Assembly: GCA_004431415.1 (NCBI GenBank)
Contig: QPMI01000038.1
Location: forward strand, 1 to 64,000
Length of the DNA: 64,000 bases
DNA from: Cyanophora paradoxa CCMP329
Lineage: Eukaryota; Plantae; Glaucophyta
Reading direction: 5' to 3'
Part shown: one piece after another, positions 61,601-64,000 of the stretch
Numbering within the stretch: position 1 is the stretch's first letter
How the letters are laid out: every line of letters begins with the position of its first letter
Notes under the pieces: model-generated
Told to the model about the DNA's origin: nothing
The model's input: only the letters and a program-made list of their open reading frames with translations
Databases searched by the model: none
Program-made: the position numbers and the translations under genes

Positions 61601-64000
61601 GTTTGCGTACCTCGCTCGCCCGCACACGTTCGAGGCGCCCATCGGGGTCAACCGCGCCAAGCGTGGGCAGCGCTTGGTCGTGTTCCACGAGCCCCGCTTC
61701 GGCAGGGGCTTCGGCATCCGTGGCGTCGCCCAGCCCGATGCCCGGGTCCGCGGCCTCCTGCCAGGCACCCCGATCCAGACGGGCGAGAAGCACGTGAGCA
61801 CTGAGCTCGACGTGAACAACGTCGATGTCATGGGCGATCCCGTCGGCACGAATGCCACGCGCTGCTCGCTTGGTCCTGCCCACGTGGCCATGCAGCACGC
61901 CCCGCCCTCCGAGGCGCGTCGCCAGTACGACCGCCTCCCTCGGCGCGTGTTCGTGCTCGGATTCGAGCGGCCCCGCCCGCTCGTCGATCCGAAGGACCGC
62001 GGGCACCGGAAGTACCCGGTTGTCTGCCCGGGCGTGCAGAAGCACGGACCCACGTGGTCCCCGTTGCCGCCCCGGGAGTTCGTCGCATCCCTGCTTGCGG
62101 GGTATGTGAACAGCATGGCTGCCTGGGTGCTGGGGCACGAGCTGCCCGACCAGCCCCGGCCCGCGCCGACCAAGGGATTCAACCCCCAAATGCACATTGT
62201 GGGGCCGACGGCCATATACGAGTTCATGTGGTCCACCTGCTACCGCGCCGACCCGGCCACTCGTTCCGCGGCCGAGGCAGCAGCTGGGGCCCATGCACGT
62301 TCCGCTGACGGCGACGAGCTTTACGCCGTCCTGCAGCACCTCAAGAGCGGCCAGCTCGGCGAGTCGATTGACGAGACCGCAGCTCTCGTCATCGCCTCTC
62401 AGCTCCCGCTGACAACGGCGTTCTGGCTCTCGATGCCAGACCTGCCGCGCCCCAACGCCACGCATACGTCCTGGCTGGACAACGCGGCAGACGCCAGCAA
62501 GCGCCTCTCGGACGCCCTGCTGCAGATCTGGGGCCTGCCGGCGACGAAGCAGCTGCGCGCTGTTCTCGCCAAGTACGAGCAGGAGGACGAGCCCCTCCTC
62601 TCCGTCCGCCGCCTTGAGCGCATCCTGCCCGCTCGGGTAGCGGCGCACGGCATGCGCCCGTACTGCCACGTCGAGCGCGATACGTGGGCCGCCAGGCACC
62701 TCGTTGCTGGCGCGACGCTCGCGGGCCAGGAGCCCATCGCCTCGGCTCTCCTGAACTGGGTTCAGAAGATCAATGACGTCCTCTGGCCCATCTTCACGGG
62801 CGTGAAGGCGAAGCGGATTATGGTCTCCGACCTCTATCCCGCCCCTGCCCTGGACACTGTCGCCCAGCAAGGCGCGGCGCCGTTCCCTGCGCCCCCCGAG
62901 GCCAGCGACCTCGGCGACACGGTGGCGGCAATCACGCCGTTCCACTACCGGCTGCGCGCCGAGCTGCTCCAGAACTGGAACGGGTACACGGCAGAGGATC
63001 TGCCCCCGAGCTTGCGCGCCCAGCAGCAGGCCGACCACGCCGTGGCAGCGGCCGCCCCGGCGAAGCCTGCGGCATCGTCCTCTGCCTCGGGCACCACGGG
63101 CTCTGGCTCCCGCGAGCCCAGCCCTGCCCCCAAGCGCTCGGCCACGCCCTCGCCCTCGAGGAAGAAGAGCGAGCCAAAGCGCGAGCGCTCCCGCGACCGC
63201 CGCGGGCGCCGCCAGAGCCGCGAGGCCGCCGCTTCCCGCGAGCGCACCGAGTCGCCCCGGCAGGAGTCGTCGAGCTCGCCTGCCCCGACGCGCACGCAGC
63301 CGCCGGGCGCCACCGGCCAGCGCCGCGAGCGGCCGCGTATCCTGCAGGGCAGTCGCGTGACCGTTCGCGGCACCGTGCCCAGCGCCTCGTCTACGGGACC
63401 TGAGTCCCTCGACCTGGCCGACATGGACGACGCCGAATTCACTGCCTATGCCCGCCAGCATGGCCTTGAGTTCGAGCCGGACCCGGCCGAGGACACGCGC
63501 CAGCGCCTCCTCGCCGAGGCTGAGCGCCGCAGCAAGCGCGCCCGCGTTGCTGCCCAGTCCACCGCGGAATTGGCCCCCGCGCCGTTCCCGTACCCGTACC
63601 CGGCGTCGATGGGCCCGCCCCCGCCGCGCGTACCCGGCTGGGGATTGCCGCCGCCCCCACTCTTGCCGCAAATCGCCGGCCCGCACGGCTATTACTGGCC
63701 GCACGGCCTCATGTACCCGCCTGCGGGTCCCGCGGCCAGCTCGAGCTCCGGCCAGGCCCCGCCGGCCACGGACGAGAATGTGGGCAGTGCCCACTACCAG
63801 GCCGCCAAGAACTGGCGCGCGCGGCTGCGGCTCCTGCTCGAGCGCAATGCCCAGCCGGCCGTCTTGTCTGAAATGCTCGATGAGATTGCCACGGCCGCGG
63901 GCCATGATCTCACCGGCACCACCTTGCCGAGCGGCGCCTCTTGGGCGGCACGGAACGCCGCTGCGACGGTGTGGGCCGCAAATTACCCGGGCATGGAGCA
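55637..64000 (+). CDS. Giant gag-like polyprotein with CCHC zinc knuckle; five apparent -1 frameshifts; open at window end
   Basis: MSNTSEL start, RGG-rich stretch and CWTCGSLDHIRRDC at ~57207-57248. ORFs 55514, 56815, 57303 and 58994 plus an unlisted open frame from ~59270 to the end join through single C losses in C runs. Confidence 0.65.

Larger units (their letters stand above)
54668..64000 (+). mobile_element. LTR retrotransposon (5' LTR, PBS, giant gag-like ORF); continues beyond window
   Basis: Starts with TGTCGC at the integrase break, followed by GCGACA and a PBS, a CCHC knuckle, and GC-rich composition. No pol domain or second LTR in the window. Confidence 0.75.

Noticed and set aside
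59508-63905. 350-aa and 968-aa minus-strand ORFs
   Set aside because: Shadows of the long plus-strand frame, which is unlisted only because it has no stop in the window.

Overview
This looks like eukaryotic repeat-rich DNA made of nested mobile elements. It holds three divergent copies (A 1-13863, B 31699-40282, C 41470-~52480) of an AT-rich endogenous dsDNA virus of Polinton-like/small-NCLDV character. Together they show a double-jelly-roll major capsid protein and two penton-like genes (A only, frameshifted), a patatin-discoidin fusion, large mosaic phage-type fibre genes (HxH tail repeats, H-lectin/gp53-like, LamG-like, peptidase-S74 chaperone) and a seven-member family sharing one N-terminal module with variable C1q or other tips. 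B and C also carry an AdoMetDC (SpeD), a DUF723-like Zn protein and hairpin-rich termini. A GC-rich APE-RT-RNase H non-LTR retrotransposon with a very long hydrophobic and repeat-rich N-terminus lies between A and B, inside a 1.27-kb inverted duplication. It carries a 726-bp, TSD-flanked, ends-only derivative of provirus A at the same insertion site. B is cut by a CACTG-ended element, and C is inserted into that element. A Polinton-type rve integrase after C is cut by an LTR retrotransposon with a doubled LTR-end/PBS and a giant gag-like ORF. An H3-tail-mimic ORF sits beside B. Many frameshifts are single-base indels in homopolymers and may be long-read consensus errors. All calls come from reading motifs by eye; no searches were run.
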